A stretch of 37,457 nucleotides of DNA, from assembly GCF_001194135.2 (NCBI RefSeq), contig NC_068985.1, forward strand, positions 8,133,516-8,170,972, in the 5' to 3' direction. The position numbers and the translations under genes are program-made. Source of the DNA: Octopus bimaculoides. Its lineage: Eukaryota. The notes under the pieces are model-generated. The model made no database searches. It was not told the DNA's origin and was given only the letters and a program-made list of their open reading frames with translations. Positions 12,370-24,424 of this stretch are shown one piece after another (within the stretch, counting starts at the first letter, position 1; every line of letters starts with the position of its first letter).

Positions 12370-14285
12370 GATCTAGCGTCAACTCATGAGCTGTGACCAT
12401 GCTGGGACACCACCATTTAGTGTTGCTACATAATTTTACTTCACTAATTCTTTTTAGAAATTGACGTTTGGTGCATGAGGGAATTTGATGCCACTGCCCT
12501 CATCTGCATTTCCTGCTGTGAAGTTGGTTCATCTGGGACACTTGACTGTAAGAGGTCAAGTTCTGTTTTGAAGTCACTTACATCCACCCAATATAGGTCT
12601 CTCAGGTCCTTCGGAAGGATAATGAAGAGGTGTAGGCCTTTAAAGACCAGGCTGTTGCAATCTCTTATCCTATATCTTGATGGCAAAGTTGGAATCTTTG
12701 GCCCTATGCAGTAGCGCCCTGTTCTAACAGTGTAACTCTCGATGCCAAAGAGTGGGACAAGTCCATCCGAGATCTTCCAGATGTATATTATGGTATATCT
12801 TTCCAGCCTACGCTCTAGAGAATAGAGTCTCTATCTCTTGAGTCTTTCCCAGTAGCTTACGTGCTGCATAGAGGCTATCTTCTTCGTGTAGCTTCGTTGG
12901 ATTGCCTCAAGTTCTGCAATTAATTTTACACTGGTTGGTGACCATAGCTGGGAGCAATAGTCAAAGAGGCTTAGGACAAACGTCTTCCAGAGGACCATCA
13001 TGGTTTCCTGATCTCTCGTTCTAAAAGTTCTAAGAATCCATCTTGTTAGCCACCTGCCTTTCATTGCCAACTTAGCAGGATGCACATGGAATGATGCATC
13101 ATTACTCATAAATACCCAGGTCTCGCACTGTCTGTGTCTCTGCGATTGCAATCCCTCCAGGTCCAGTGTATTTAATTGGTATTGCATTTAGTTTTGCATG
13201 CTGATAGCACAAGGCTTGAGACTTTTCAGCATTAAACTGCATGCTATTCTTCTCAGCCCACTTTTATATTTCATCCAGCTCACATTGCAGGTGTATAGCA
13301 TCTTCAGGTTTCTGTATTACCTGTGAGACTTTTGTGTCATCTGCATAACTTGTGATCGTGGCTCTCTGTGTGGCTGAGGGCATACCTGAGAGGGCCATTT
13401 TGAACAGTAGTGGTCCCAAAACAGTGCCTTGCGGAACACCGCTCACTATTGGCTACTAACACCTGACTTCTATCCTTCAGAAAGTCGTGCAGCTATTCTC
13501 CCATTCTCTCTATGCCAAGATCACGCAGTTTGTGACATGATCAACTTTATCAAAGGCCTTTGCAAAGTCGAGATATATCATATCCACATTTGAGTGGTTG
13601 TGCAGCTGTTTCAACACCCAGTCATAGTGTTGTAAGAGTTGAGTCAGGCAGCTTCTTCCTGGTCGGAAACCATGTTGGGTGTCAGTCAGCAAGTCATTTT
13701 TCTGAAGGAAGGTGATTAGTTTTCTGATTATTCGTTCCATGACTTTGCTGATGTGCGAGGTCTGAGAGATAGATCTGTAGCTTTTAGCCTCTGCTCTGCC
13801 ACCTCCTTTATGACTGGGGCATATTTTACCCTCCTTCAGCTTGCTTGGAAGTTTGCCAGTTGCAAGGAAGCTCTGAAAGAGGGACTGCAATTGACTTGCT
13901 AGGACTCGCTTACATGCTTTTAGAAGGATTGCTGGGAATCCATCAGGGCCAGTTCGGGTTCATTTCATCTATAGCCCTTACTACACGTCTTCTTTTATAT
14001 TGATGTAGTCAATCATCACTGCCCCTGTTTTTATATCTACAGTGGTAAAAAAGTCAGCTGGCTTGCTGACTTGCAAATATCATAGAGGTGGACTGAAAAC
14101 ACTTTTGAATTGCTTATTTAGTATTGCATTTATCCTCATTGGGTTTCCTGTGAGTGAACCATCTTTTCCGAGGAGTGGCCCTACCCTGTAGTGCACTGAC
14201 GCTGTTTCTTTGGCAAACTTGTAGAAAGCTCTGGGGTTAGATTTTATATTGTCTATAGCCCAGGCTTCTTTGTCTGCTCTTTCTT
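12370..14285 (-). mobile_element. CR1/L2-group LINE, ~1.9 kb with RT core and internal deletions
   Basis: QHGFRPGRSCLTQLL, DMIYLDFAKAFDKVDH, SGVPQGTVLGPLLF, SYADDTK, FDYCSQLWSP; same 3' tail as 4801-4838. Confidence 0.93.
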
Positions 14286-14354
14286 TCTCATGGGAGAGTT
14301 GCAGATTTTTTCAATCTCCACCAGTTGTATTTTCAGGCGGGATTTTTCTCTTCC

Positions 14355-14396
<42 letters not shown>

Positions 14397-15214
14397 CACC
14401 CATCCTATAAGATGCATACCTAATTTACAATTATATTTTGTAAAAAAGACAAATTTAATGTTTCGTCATACACTCATACACAGTGTAGCATCTGTAATAC
14501 GATCGCATTAGAAGCATGACAATTTGTCATGTTTCATTTAGAAATGAATGCACACACACACACACACACAGATATAGTATATATAATGTATATAATATAT
14601 ATAATATATATATATATGCATATATAATATATATACATATACATCATATATGTATATAATATATATATGTATGTATATATACATATATATATATATATGT
14701 ACTTATATATATATGTATATATATATATATATATATATNNNNNNNNNNNNNNNNNNNNNNNNNNNNNNNNNNNNNNNNNNNNNNNNNNNNNNNNNNNNNN
14801 NNNNNNNNNNNNNNNNNNNNNNNNNNNNNNNNNNNNNNNNNNNNNNNNNNNNNNNNNNNNNNNNNNNNNNNNNNNNNNNNNNNNNNNNNNNNNNNNNNNN
14901 NNNNNNNNNNNNNNNNNNNNNNNNNNNNNNNNNNNNNNNNNNNNNNNNNNNNNNNNNNNNNNNNNNNNNNNNNNNNNNNNNNNNNNNNNNNNNNNNNNNN
15001 NNNNNNNNNNNNNNNNNNNNNNNNNNNNNNNNNNNNNNNNNNNNNNNNNNNNNNNNNNNNNNNNNNNNNNNNNNNNNNNNNNNNNNNNNNNNNNNNNNNN
15101 NNNNNNNNNNNNNNNNNNNNNNNNNNNNNNNNNNNNNNNNNNNNNNNNNNNNNNNNNNNNNNNNNNNNNNNNNNNNNNNNNNNNNNCATACATACAACGG
15201 ACTACAAATACTTT

Positions 15215-15499
15215 CCTTGGCTTAGTGGTTAGGGCTTTCGGCTCACGATCGTGAAGTCGTGAGTTCAATTCCCAGTGACGCGTTGTGTCCTTGAGCAAGA
15301 CACTTTATTTCACGTTGCTCCAGTCCACTCAGCTGGCAAAAATGAGTAGTACCTGTATTTCAAAGGGCCGGCCTTGTCACACTCTGTGTCACGCTGAATC
15401 TCCCTGAGAACTACGAGAAGGGTACATGTGTCTGTGAATTGCTCAGTCACTTGCACGTTAATTTCACGGGACCCTCGTCGTCGTAACTGACGGAGTGCT
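15215..15499 (+). mobile_element. tRNA-headed SINE family C
   Basis: A-box tggcttagtgg and B-box gagttcaattccc, then tccttgagcaagacactt..tccactcagctg core-like segment; colinear with 27371-27688. Confidence 0.9.
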
Positions 15500-15509
15500 C
15501 CTACCTACT

Positions 15510-15630
15510 ACATTCACTCACAAGACATTGGTCAGTCCAGAGCTATAGTAGGGTAAACTTTCCCAAGGTGTCATGCAGTGAGATTGAACCTAAAACTACA
15601 TGCATCTTAAGTAAGCTTCTGAACCAAACA
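15510..15630 (-). mobile_element. SINE family A, decayed head
   Basis: cactcacaagacattggtc..gctatagtag..cccaaggtgtcatgcagtgagattgaacc is the reverse complement of the family A head. Confidence 0.8.
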
Positions 15631-15675
15631 GTAAAATCTACACCTAGAACTTAAATATTAAACAAGTTGCAGTTG

Positions 15676-15950
15676 AAATAATACATTTTAAAATCTCTCA
15701 GAGAGATTTATGCAGTAGCAGCACGATAAAGTGATAGTATGTTGTCAACTTGATGTGACAGTCCCATGAAAGGGAAGAATGCTACTGTTATTGAGCCCTA
15801 GGAAATACCGTTTCCTGTTGGACTTGACATAAGGACACAGGAAATGTGTCAAGTCCAACAGGAAACGGTGCTTCCTAGGGCTAAATAACAGTAGCATTCT
15901 TCCCTTTCATGGGGTTGTCACATTAAGTTGACAACATACTATCACTTTAT
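15676..15950. mobile_element. Unclassified foldback element, copy E1
   Basis: Arms 15725-15829 and 15847-15951 (105 bp, 6 mismatches), 17-nt apex, small hairpin aaatctctc-a-gagagattt at 15691-15709, 13-bp direct repeat caagttgcagttg at 15663-15675 and 15951-15963. Confidence 0.88.
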
Positions 15951-16403
15951 CAAGTTGCAGTTGGTTTCATACTTCAAAATGGCGAAGAAGAAGCAAAATG
16001 TGATAAAAATGAGAAATCAAATTTGTTTCATGCAAAATTGTAATTTCTGATGATATAAACCAACAAAGTTTTAAAAATAAATAATAACTATAGGAAGAGA
16101 AAAAAGAAGGATTAAAGTCAAGCAAAAAAGAATAAAACCGAATTTGATGTTTCACAAGTTATGACACGTTGTAACAACGAATTTTAAAATGTCTCTTCAT
16201 TTCCCAGTTATGCTGACTTTCAACTCTATGTGTCTTTTGTGTCTTTTCTTTTCTCCTCTAAGACTCTTTCAATTCCCTGTTTTTTAGCACAACACTTCTT
16301 TTCATCTGGTTGTGTTGTTTTTATTTCTTTTGTTTCACTTCAAACGTAAGCCATTCGTTTGAGGATTTGGCTGCTATTGCTCAAAATACTAAATTTCCTG
16401 GGA

Positions 16404-16470
16404 AAGTGTGAATAACAACAACAACAACAACAACAATAACAGCAGCAGCAGCAGCAGCAATAACAACAAT
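16404..16470. repeat. (AAC)n/(AGC)n trinucleotide tract
   Basis: Directly visible. Confidence 0.95.
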
Positions 16471-16479
16471 AAGCAACTG

Positions 16480-17356
16480 TGAGAATAGAAAAATGAATGG
16501 CAGTAGTGAAGACGTATAGCAAAGTGTAAATGTAAATGCATTCTCAGCAAATGAAGCAGAAGTGATAGGAAGAGCTATATCACAAGAATATGGTGATGAC
16601 CAACAAGACATAGTGTGGATGCTGTGCCAATATATTAGAGAAGACCAATATCAAGAACGCCCTAAACTGAGGTACATCGATCGAAGCAAGCTCAAAGTTG
16701 AAACCGAAGAGAGATTCGGTTCCTGGGACTATTCCAGACGAGAAATATAACCGAAACTAACAAGATTACTTGGGCTGCAGCTATTGTTGCTACAGACAGA
16801 GTTGGATACAAAAGAAAAGAAGAAACAGAAGGTAAAGAGCCATACTGGCGAAGATGAATTTGTGAGAAAGAAAGTTACAAAGACATTTGGGACACGTTGA
16901 TAAATTGAGAAGAAGGGAATTGCAGAACGAAAGCATAAGAATAATGCCGGAGAGAATATATAGAGTAAGAAATAAAGGATATGATGTGATATTGGATGAA
17001 TTGAAACAAAGTAGCAATCAAGGCAAAACTGGAAAGATATGACAATAGAAAAAGACAGTTCAGGCAAAACAGGTTGTTTGAAGCAAATCAGAGGAAACTG
17101 TTTTCAGAAACTAGATGGAGAAATACACGGAAAAATGATACCAAATGGAAAGGAAAGCAGAGCATTCTGGAGAGGGATCTGGGATCAATCTGTTGAGCAT
17201 AATGATGAAGCGGAGTGGCTGCATGAACTCCAAGATAGGTTAAGAAATATAGAAGGCCAAGAAGATATAAAGATAACTACAGAAATGATAAAAAAGCAGT
17301 TAAATAAATTATCAAATTGGAAGAGTCAAGGACCGGATGGGGTCGAAGGTTATTGA
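16480..17356 (+). mobile_element. R4/Dong-like non-LTR retrotransposon fragment (pre-RT region)
   Basis: ITETNKITWAAAIV, EPYWRR*I, FWRGIWDQSVEHNDEAEWL and LSNWKSQGPDGVEGY(W) match the pattern of R4-clade proteins upstream of the RT. Confidence 0.75.
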
Positions 17357-18540
17357 ATGAAAGCTCAGGTAGTCTTTAATGGTGAACTGTCTCTTGAATT
17401 TTCGGTGGACAACGGTGTCAAACAGCAAGATATTCTTGTCCCTACGCTTTTCTCTATTTATTTTGCTGCATTGCTTTGGTATGCTTTCAAGGATTGCAAC
17501 AGAGGAATCGGAATTAGATTTCAGACATCTGGTCGTATCTTTTATTTGACCCGGTTTAACTGAAAAGCAAAGCCTTTCAAAATACTTGTTAGAGAATTAC
17601 TTTATGCTGATGATGCTGATTGGCACACTTAGAGGGGGATAGGCAACATTTAATGGACAGATTTTCCACTGCATGTGTATATTTCGGACTTAAAATTAGT
17701 TTGGGGAAAACAAAAGTAATGTTTACTCCCGTACCAGGGCAAACATATTCTGAACCAAACATTTTTATGAATGGAACAAGATTAGAAGTCGTTGACACCT
17801 TTGTTTAGCTAGGAAGCACACTATCAAGAGTTGGTGGTTTTGATGCGGAGATATACTATGGAATACGGAAGGGAAGTGTTGCATTTCGAAATCTCAAAAA
17901 GCGAGTATGGGCAGATAGAAGCATTTCCCTGCAGACAAAAATCAGTGTCTAAAAAGCGTGTGAATTGTCTGCACTTCTTTATTCATGTGAGACATGGTTC
18001 ACTTACAAGCGTTATATAAAAATGCTGGAGAGATTTCATCAAAAGGCCTCAGACGTATTTTAACAGTCAAGTGGGAATGTTTAATACCTGATACTGAGGT
18101 TTTGTGCATGGCACGTTGCAGCTCAATTGAACAACATGTTACCTTGGCTCAAATGAGATGGACTGGACATGTTATTAGAATGAAAGACGTACGTTTGCCA
18201 AAGCGTCTTTTTGATGGTGAGCTCAACTCTGGTAGGCGACCTCAACATAAGCCGAGGAAAAGGCATAAATAATGTGAGAAAGAAAACCCGAAGAAACTAG
18301 ATATGAATAAAAGTGATTGGGAAAATGATGTTCTAGATAGGAACAAGTGGAGAGGTGCTGTTGGGACTGGGTGCAACGCCTGGGAAGAAAAGATGATTCA
18401 ACACTCTGAACTTAAAAGGGCCTGTCGCAAAGGAACAATTGGAACTGTAATCAGCAGTGAACATTGGATATGTATTATATGTGACCGTGTCAAAAGCAGG
18501 ATACGTGAATCATATGAAGTTACATGAAAATGATAATTCC
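17357..18540 (+). mobile_element. RTE-clade LINE, 5'-truncated RT distal half
   Basis: MKAQVVFNGELS.EFSVDNGVKQ, ELLYADD (ttatgctgatgat), GLKISLGKTKVMF, MRWTGHVIRMKDVRLPKRLFDGEL. Confidence 0.9.
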
Positions 18541-18835
18541 CAGATAAGTAATGATCTTGGACAATAACCGCCTCTTACGACTTGTGCAATCAGTCAAGAA
18601 ACTTGTATGACAATATATGAACTTAAAAGACATATATGCTAGTTCACAAATCAGATTCCAAAGGGCAAAGATATAGAAGGAACTTGAATAATATCTGTCA
18701 CTTGTGTTTTAAACCCTGTCAATCAGCAGCTGGTCTTAAAAATCATCTAAGAACTCATCAACGGAGTGATTGTGCTGTGTGATGGGGTGTGGTGTGTATG
18801 CTTATGGGAGGGCTATCATTTGTCAAGATGAAGCA

Positions 18836-18888
<53 letters not shown>

Positions 18889-19449
18889 ATGTATGTATAC
18901 ACACACACATGTATATATATNNNNNNNNNNNNNNNNNNNNNNNNNNNNNNNNNNNNNNNNNNNNNNNNNNNNNNNNNNNNNNNNNNNNNNNNNNNNNNNN
19001 NNNNNNNNNNNNNNNNNNNNNNNNNNNNNNNNNNNNNNNNNNNNNNNNNNNNNNNNNNNNNNNNNNNNNNNNNNNNNNNNNNNNNNNNNNNNNNNNNNNN
19101 NNNNNNNNNNNNNNNNNNNNNNNNNNNNNNNNNNNNNNNNNNNNNNNNNNNNNNNNNNNNNNNNNNNNNNNNNNNNNNNNNNNNNNNNNNNNNNNNNNNN
19201 NNNNNNNNNNNNNNNNNNNNNNNNNNNNNNNNNNNNNNNNNNNNNNNNNNNNNNNNNNNNNNNNNNNNNNNNNNNNNNNNNNNNNNNNNNNNNNNNNNNN
19301 NNNNNNNNNNNNNNNNNNNNNNNNNNNNNNNNNNNNNNNNNNNNNNNNNNNNNNNNNNNNNNNNNNNNNNNNNNNNNNNNNNNNNNNNNNNNNNNNNNNN
19401 NNNNNNNNNNNNNNNNNNNNNNNNNATATATATAATTATTCTCACGTAA

Positions 19450-21265
19450 GTGTATAGTCCTTTTTTCTATCCTTAAGCGACTAACTTACTTTATTTCGGC
19501 TGGTGCTAGCCTCTTTTTTTCTATGTCTAAATGTGTTTTCATGATTAGCTATTCTTTTTATATAAATTTCCGTAGAACCTATATAGTAATAACTTTGTCT
19601 CTTAGATACAACCTTACATCTATATATTATCAGTATTTATATTTATATTATCAATTTTGTTGTTGATATTATGCTTATTCAATCTTCTCAGATTGTATGC
19701 TTGTATGTTTAGATCATAGCGGGGAGTTTCTTAAAGTTATTTCCCTTCCTTCGTTTATCGTGTTACTCATATCACCGTTAATTTTCTCAACAGTTTGGTA
19801 ATTTGATAATTCATTTTTATTTTCTTTATTTCTATTGTTCTGGAAATCATTAAATCTTTTAACATTTTGTTCAGCAACAATTTGTGCTATGTTTTTTGAT
19901 ATGCAAAAACCAGCCCTTAATGTGTGAGAGTTTATTATTTTATGGTATTTATTTTACCTGAAAATGCTTAGAGGCCCCTTTGTACAATAATTTCACTACA
20001 TTAGTTTTAATTTGTTTTGCGAAAGGTATAATGAACCATATTATATCAGCTTTAGAATGATTTTTATGGAGGTTAATGTCATTTATGCATGAAGTGTGAC
20101 TTTTTTTACAGATTTGTTAGGAATATTATCGGTAAGCTTTTCAAATCCTTCCCTTTTGTCGTTAATTGTTCTATTTTGGTTTATATCTATATAGTCATAA
20201 TTATTATAGTGTTTTATTTTCGACTTCATTTTCATCTTATTGTCTTTTATTTTTATTCATTCCTTAATGTTTGTCTTTGTCATTCGTGTTTGATTTATTT
20301 TCGTTTTCTATTTCATGATGTTTTTACTTATATTATTCTTATCGGATTTATATTCTATCCAATCCATATTCTCGTTATTTGTATATTTATTAATTTCTAT
20401 GTTAATATCTTTATTACGAATCGTATTTTGTGTATTGTTCTTATTCTCAGGTTTTACGCTTCGTCTAGAGAATTTTAATTTTTCTTTATATCCAGTGCGA
20501 TATTGTAATAGTCTACATTCTGTCTAAAAATTTCCTCATCTGCAGAGAGATTAGAAATTCTTTTATATTTTCAACTAATTTTTCTGTAATACTTCTTGGA
20601 TGGTTACTATTTTTGTTTATGTACCTTAAATTAGCATTAGTTTATGGTAGGGTTTATATTTACCTGTTTCTAGCTCTAAGTTAACATCCAAGAAGTTGGC
20701 TGAGTTATGTCCCTTTTCCTTTTCATTTGTGATAGATATCCCTATATTTTTGATAAATTTATAGAATCTCTTTTTATATATTTCTGATTTCCTATTAGAG
20801 GGGTTATCAAGGAAGAGTAAAAAAATTGCATCATTCCTGTATAGACCGCCTCCGAGTTCCGGAAATTCCCTATCTAAGTTAAATAATATTTGTATTCCCA
20901 CCAAATCTATAACTTGTGCGAGTCAGCAGATCCCATTGTTATGTCGAAGCTATCATTAGTGTATTTTCTTACCCAGTTTTTATAATCGAATTGCATAATA
21001 GATTTCCCGTCTGCTAATATAACGTTGATTTCGCTCATATTAAGATTTGAATTCTTTTTAGCGAACAAGTGAGCCTTATTTAGTAGTATGGGGTTAATAG
21101 ATAAATAGTAGCTATCGATATCTATTTAGATAAACTTTTTACTATTTTTGTTGTCTATTTTATTTAACCAGTTTAATTCTCCAAGCGAGTTAGACCATAG
21201 TTTTAATTTCAATGAATTCCAAAATCGGCTCTATTCTACCTGTAAGTTCCATAACTAACGAAAAT
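19450..21265 (-). mobile_element. Penelope-like element, RT and decayed 3' region
   Basis: Minus strand reads IDIDSYYLSI..LLNKAHLFAK, FDITMGSADS, GLYRND (YRDD relic) and FLDVNLELETGKYKPYHK, typical of PLE RTs. The 19450-20600 part is much more decayed. Confidence 0.8.
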
Positions 21266-21269
21266 TGGA

Positions 21270-21430
21270 AGTTAAAAACAAACAATAAATGTTAATTATT
21301 AGTAATTCATCTTTGAAGGATATCCCCATTCCATCTAGAAATGAATATTTTTGGAAACTTATTAATAATTTTAAGGATTTTATTACTAGAATTAAATGGA
21401 AAGTCTACTTTAATAATAATTATAATATTA
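21270..21430 (+). mobile_element. Penelope-like ORF N-terminal fragment, inverted relative to the adjacent RT
   Basis: SSLKDIPIPSRNEYFWKLINNFKDFITRIKWKVYF matches the PLE N-terminal pattern SLKNIPIP..Y...LI......I.R.RWK..F. Confidence 0.7.
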
Positions 21431-21689
21431 CTAATAATAATGATGTAGTCGTTTTATTATCTTTATCTTATGATTTTTACTTTGTATTATATTATACTTA
21501 TTTATCGTGCATTTATTCATTATTTTTTCTATATGTGACTGTGGATTTTCATGGATGAGTTCAAGAACTTTGGTTCTTTTCTCTAAAACTATATATTCAT
21601 ATATTTTATACAGTGAAACTTGATTTAATTTTAATTTTTGATAAATTGAATTTAATTGAGTTTTTACCTGTAAATTTGGATTTTTATCC

Positions 21690-21737
21690 CTATTATTATT
21701 ATTATTATTATTGTTATTATTATTATTATTGTTGTTG

Positions 21738-21802
<65 letters not shown>
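21690..21802. repeat. (TAT)n/(TGT)n then (TA)n microsatellite
   Basis: Directly visible. Confidence 0.95.
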
Positions 21803-22488
21803 NNNNNNNNNNNNNNNNNNNNNNNNNNNNNNNNNNNNNNNNNNNNNNNNNNNNNNNNNNNNNNNACGCTCTTCAACAGAAAGAATACGGAGACAATATA
21901 TATATATATATATGGATCAAAATTATTATTATAGCTATGTTTATCCTACATTATATCGGTACAGCTCGGTGCGACCCGCAAAAAGATCATCTCTCCCCCT
22001 CTCTCTCTCTCTATATATATATATATACACACACACACACATATATATATATTTATATATATATGTGTGTGTTTGTGTGTGTGTGTTTGTGTGTGTGCCT
22101 CTATGTATGTAATCACACACACACACACGCACACACGCATACACAGAGACACATACACACCACACATTTCCACGTTGTATTTTAATGTCTTTTTCTAATC
22201 TGAAACATTTCAATTCCACCATGTTTCGTTACTGCACACAAACTGTCACGTTATTGATTTATAACAGTTATTATATATTTATATTTATTTACAGTTATTA
22301 TATATTTATATTTATTTATATTTATTTACAGTATAATTCTTTGGAATGTACAAGTACTTCCAAACATACTAATCTAATCTCTGCAAATAGGTTTTTTAAT
22401 CCTAGACTTTGTGTAAAGCCTTTTGCAAATATCAGAATCCTTGTTATTCATAGATTGAGTTTTTGTCTGCCGTTACGTTCTGAGTTCA

Positions 22489-22845
22489 AATCACTTGTAT
22501 CTTTGTTCATTATAATTGTAATTTTTATTGATTAAAACTTGGTAGGGTGTTTAATATATGAGACCCTTGTTAGTGGGAAAAAAACTTCGGCTGAATTTGA
22601 ACTCAGAACGTAAAGACAGACGAAATACCACTGAGCATTTCACCCAGCGTGCTAACGTTTCTACCAGCTCGTCGCCTTGATGAAAATACATATTGCATAT
22701 TTATTTGATAATAGTATACAGGTGAGAGCACAATTGTGTGATTAAAATGACCTTTTCGCACTAACAAGGGTCTCATATATTAAACACCCCACCAAGTTTT
22801 AATCAATAAAAATTACAATTATAATGAGCAAAAATACAAGTGATT
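22489..22845. repeat. 93-bp inverted repeat pair with 171-bp spacer
   Basis: 22489-22581 versus reverse complement of 22753-22845: 4 mismatches in 93 bp. Confidence 0.92.
22585..22680 (-). mobile_element. tRNA-headed SINE family B, head fragment
   Basis: atttgaactcagaacgtaaagacagacgaaatac..gcgtgctaacg..ccagctcgtcgcctt matches 24090-24174. Confidence 0.85.
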
Positions 22846-23384
22846 AACTTTACTGATAATTCCTTTCAAGGAAGCAAGAGGGATAATTCCGAAATCGAAA
22901 TTGATTTGATACTGAAGGAGAAGAATGTGTTGTAGAATATGGTTGATCTCTGGTAGGTAGAGTAACATATGGCTTGGAGTGATATCTTATGTAACGTTAA
23001 ACCTATGCTGCTACAGTGGTAACAGATTTAATTACAGTGTATTAATTGTGCATTGTCTGCTTTGGAAAGTGAAAAGTAAAGTGCTTTGAGGATATTTGAA
23101 ACCAGATCAGTTTTATGACAAAGCCTTCTGTGTCCAAATCAGTTTCATTGCAATTATTCTGTGGCATTGAAACCACTTTAAGCACTAGTCTACACCTCAT
23201 TTCATTATGATACGTATATTAGTTATATTGCACTCTGACGTCAGACATTAGTAACATGAGCCCATAAAGCAGACTATATGTGGACACTCGACCTGTTGGA
23301 ACGAAATAGCAGCCAAATCTCCTTCAAATCACATTATACCATCTGAGAAAACGACGCGTCGGATGTGGTCCTGAGTTATCTGTT

Positions 23385-23631
23385 AACTTTTATTGGTTTC
23401 AGTCATCAGACTGTGGTCATGCTGGGGCACCGCCTTGAAGAATTTCTGTCGAACGGATCATCCCCCAGTACTTATTGTTCTTTAAAGCTAGGTGCGTATT
23501 CCGTTGGATCTCTTTTTGATAAGCCGCTAAGTTACGAGGACGCAAACAAACCAGCACCGGTTGTTAAGCAGTGGTGGGGGACAAACATGATTGACACAAA
23601 GTTTCGCTCTCTCTCTCTCTCTCTCTCTCTC

Positions 23632-23665
<34 letters not shown>

Positions 23666-23820
23666 ATGACAAGATTCTTTCAGTTTCTGTCCACCAAATC
23701 CACTCACAAGGCTTTGGTCGACCTGGGGCTATAACAGAAGACACTTGCCCAAGGTGCCACGCAGTAGGAATGAACCTGAAACCTTGTGGTTGGAAAGGAA
23801 ACTTCCTACCATACAGCTGC
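23385..23820 (-). mobile_element. SINE family A, near full length with internal (CT)n/(CA)n tract and LINE-like 3' tail
   Basis: Head at 23690-23820 matches 28616-28780; microsatellite at 23605-23670; tail (reverse complement ggtgccccagcatgaccacagtc) matches the CR1/L2-group LINE ends. Confidence 0.85.
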
Positions 23821-23972
23821 GCTTTCACAGCCACGTTGGCACCTGCATTTAGAAAGAAAAAAGTAGTGGTCATGGCCGGGATGCGCTTCATCGTATGTCT
23901 ACATGGGTATTACTGACCCGAAGTAAACAACAACAAAATCAATGATACATCTGTAATATTGTATTCAAATGT

Positions 23973-24174
23973 TGGCACAAGGTCAGCAATTTGGGGGAAG
24001 TCGATTAAATCAATTAAATCGACGCCGGTGCTTGATTGGTATTTATTTTATCGATCTCGAAAGGATGAATAGCGAAGTCGACCCCGGCGGCGTTTGAATC
24101 CAGAACGTGAAGACAGACGAAATACCGCTAAGCATTTGCCCGGCGTGCTAACGATTCTGCTAGCTCACAGCCTT
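23973..24174 (-). mobile_element. SINE family B
   Basis: gaaaggatgaa..gtcgacc.cggcgg..tttgaa.ccagaacgt.aagacagacgaaataccgctaagcattt, shared with 22585-22680 and 27790-27943. Confidence 0.85.
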
Positions 24175-24424
24175 ACACATATGTGATATTACAAGGAATG
24201 CACAAAAGATCTTCTGTGTGGTCGCTCGATTTGCTAGAAATCGCAGGCAAATCGCCATATAGTGCACCTCACCATTAAAAATGGGAAAATATATAGGATA
24301 ATGTAGTCTTGTAAAATACTAAAAAAGGCAGGACGATCACGGCTAGAATGCTTTTGATTATAAATCGTCTAAATGAACCTGAAACTTTATGGTTGGGAAG
24401 GAAACAGCCACGTAGAAAAAATTT

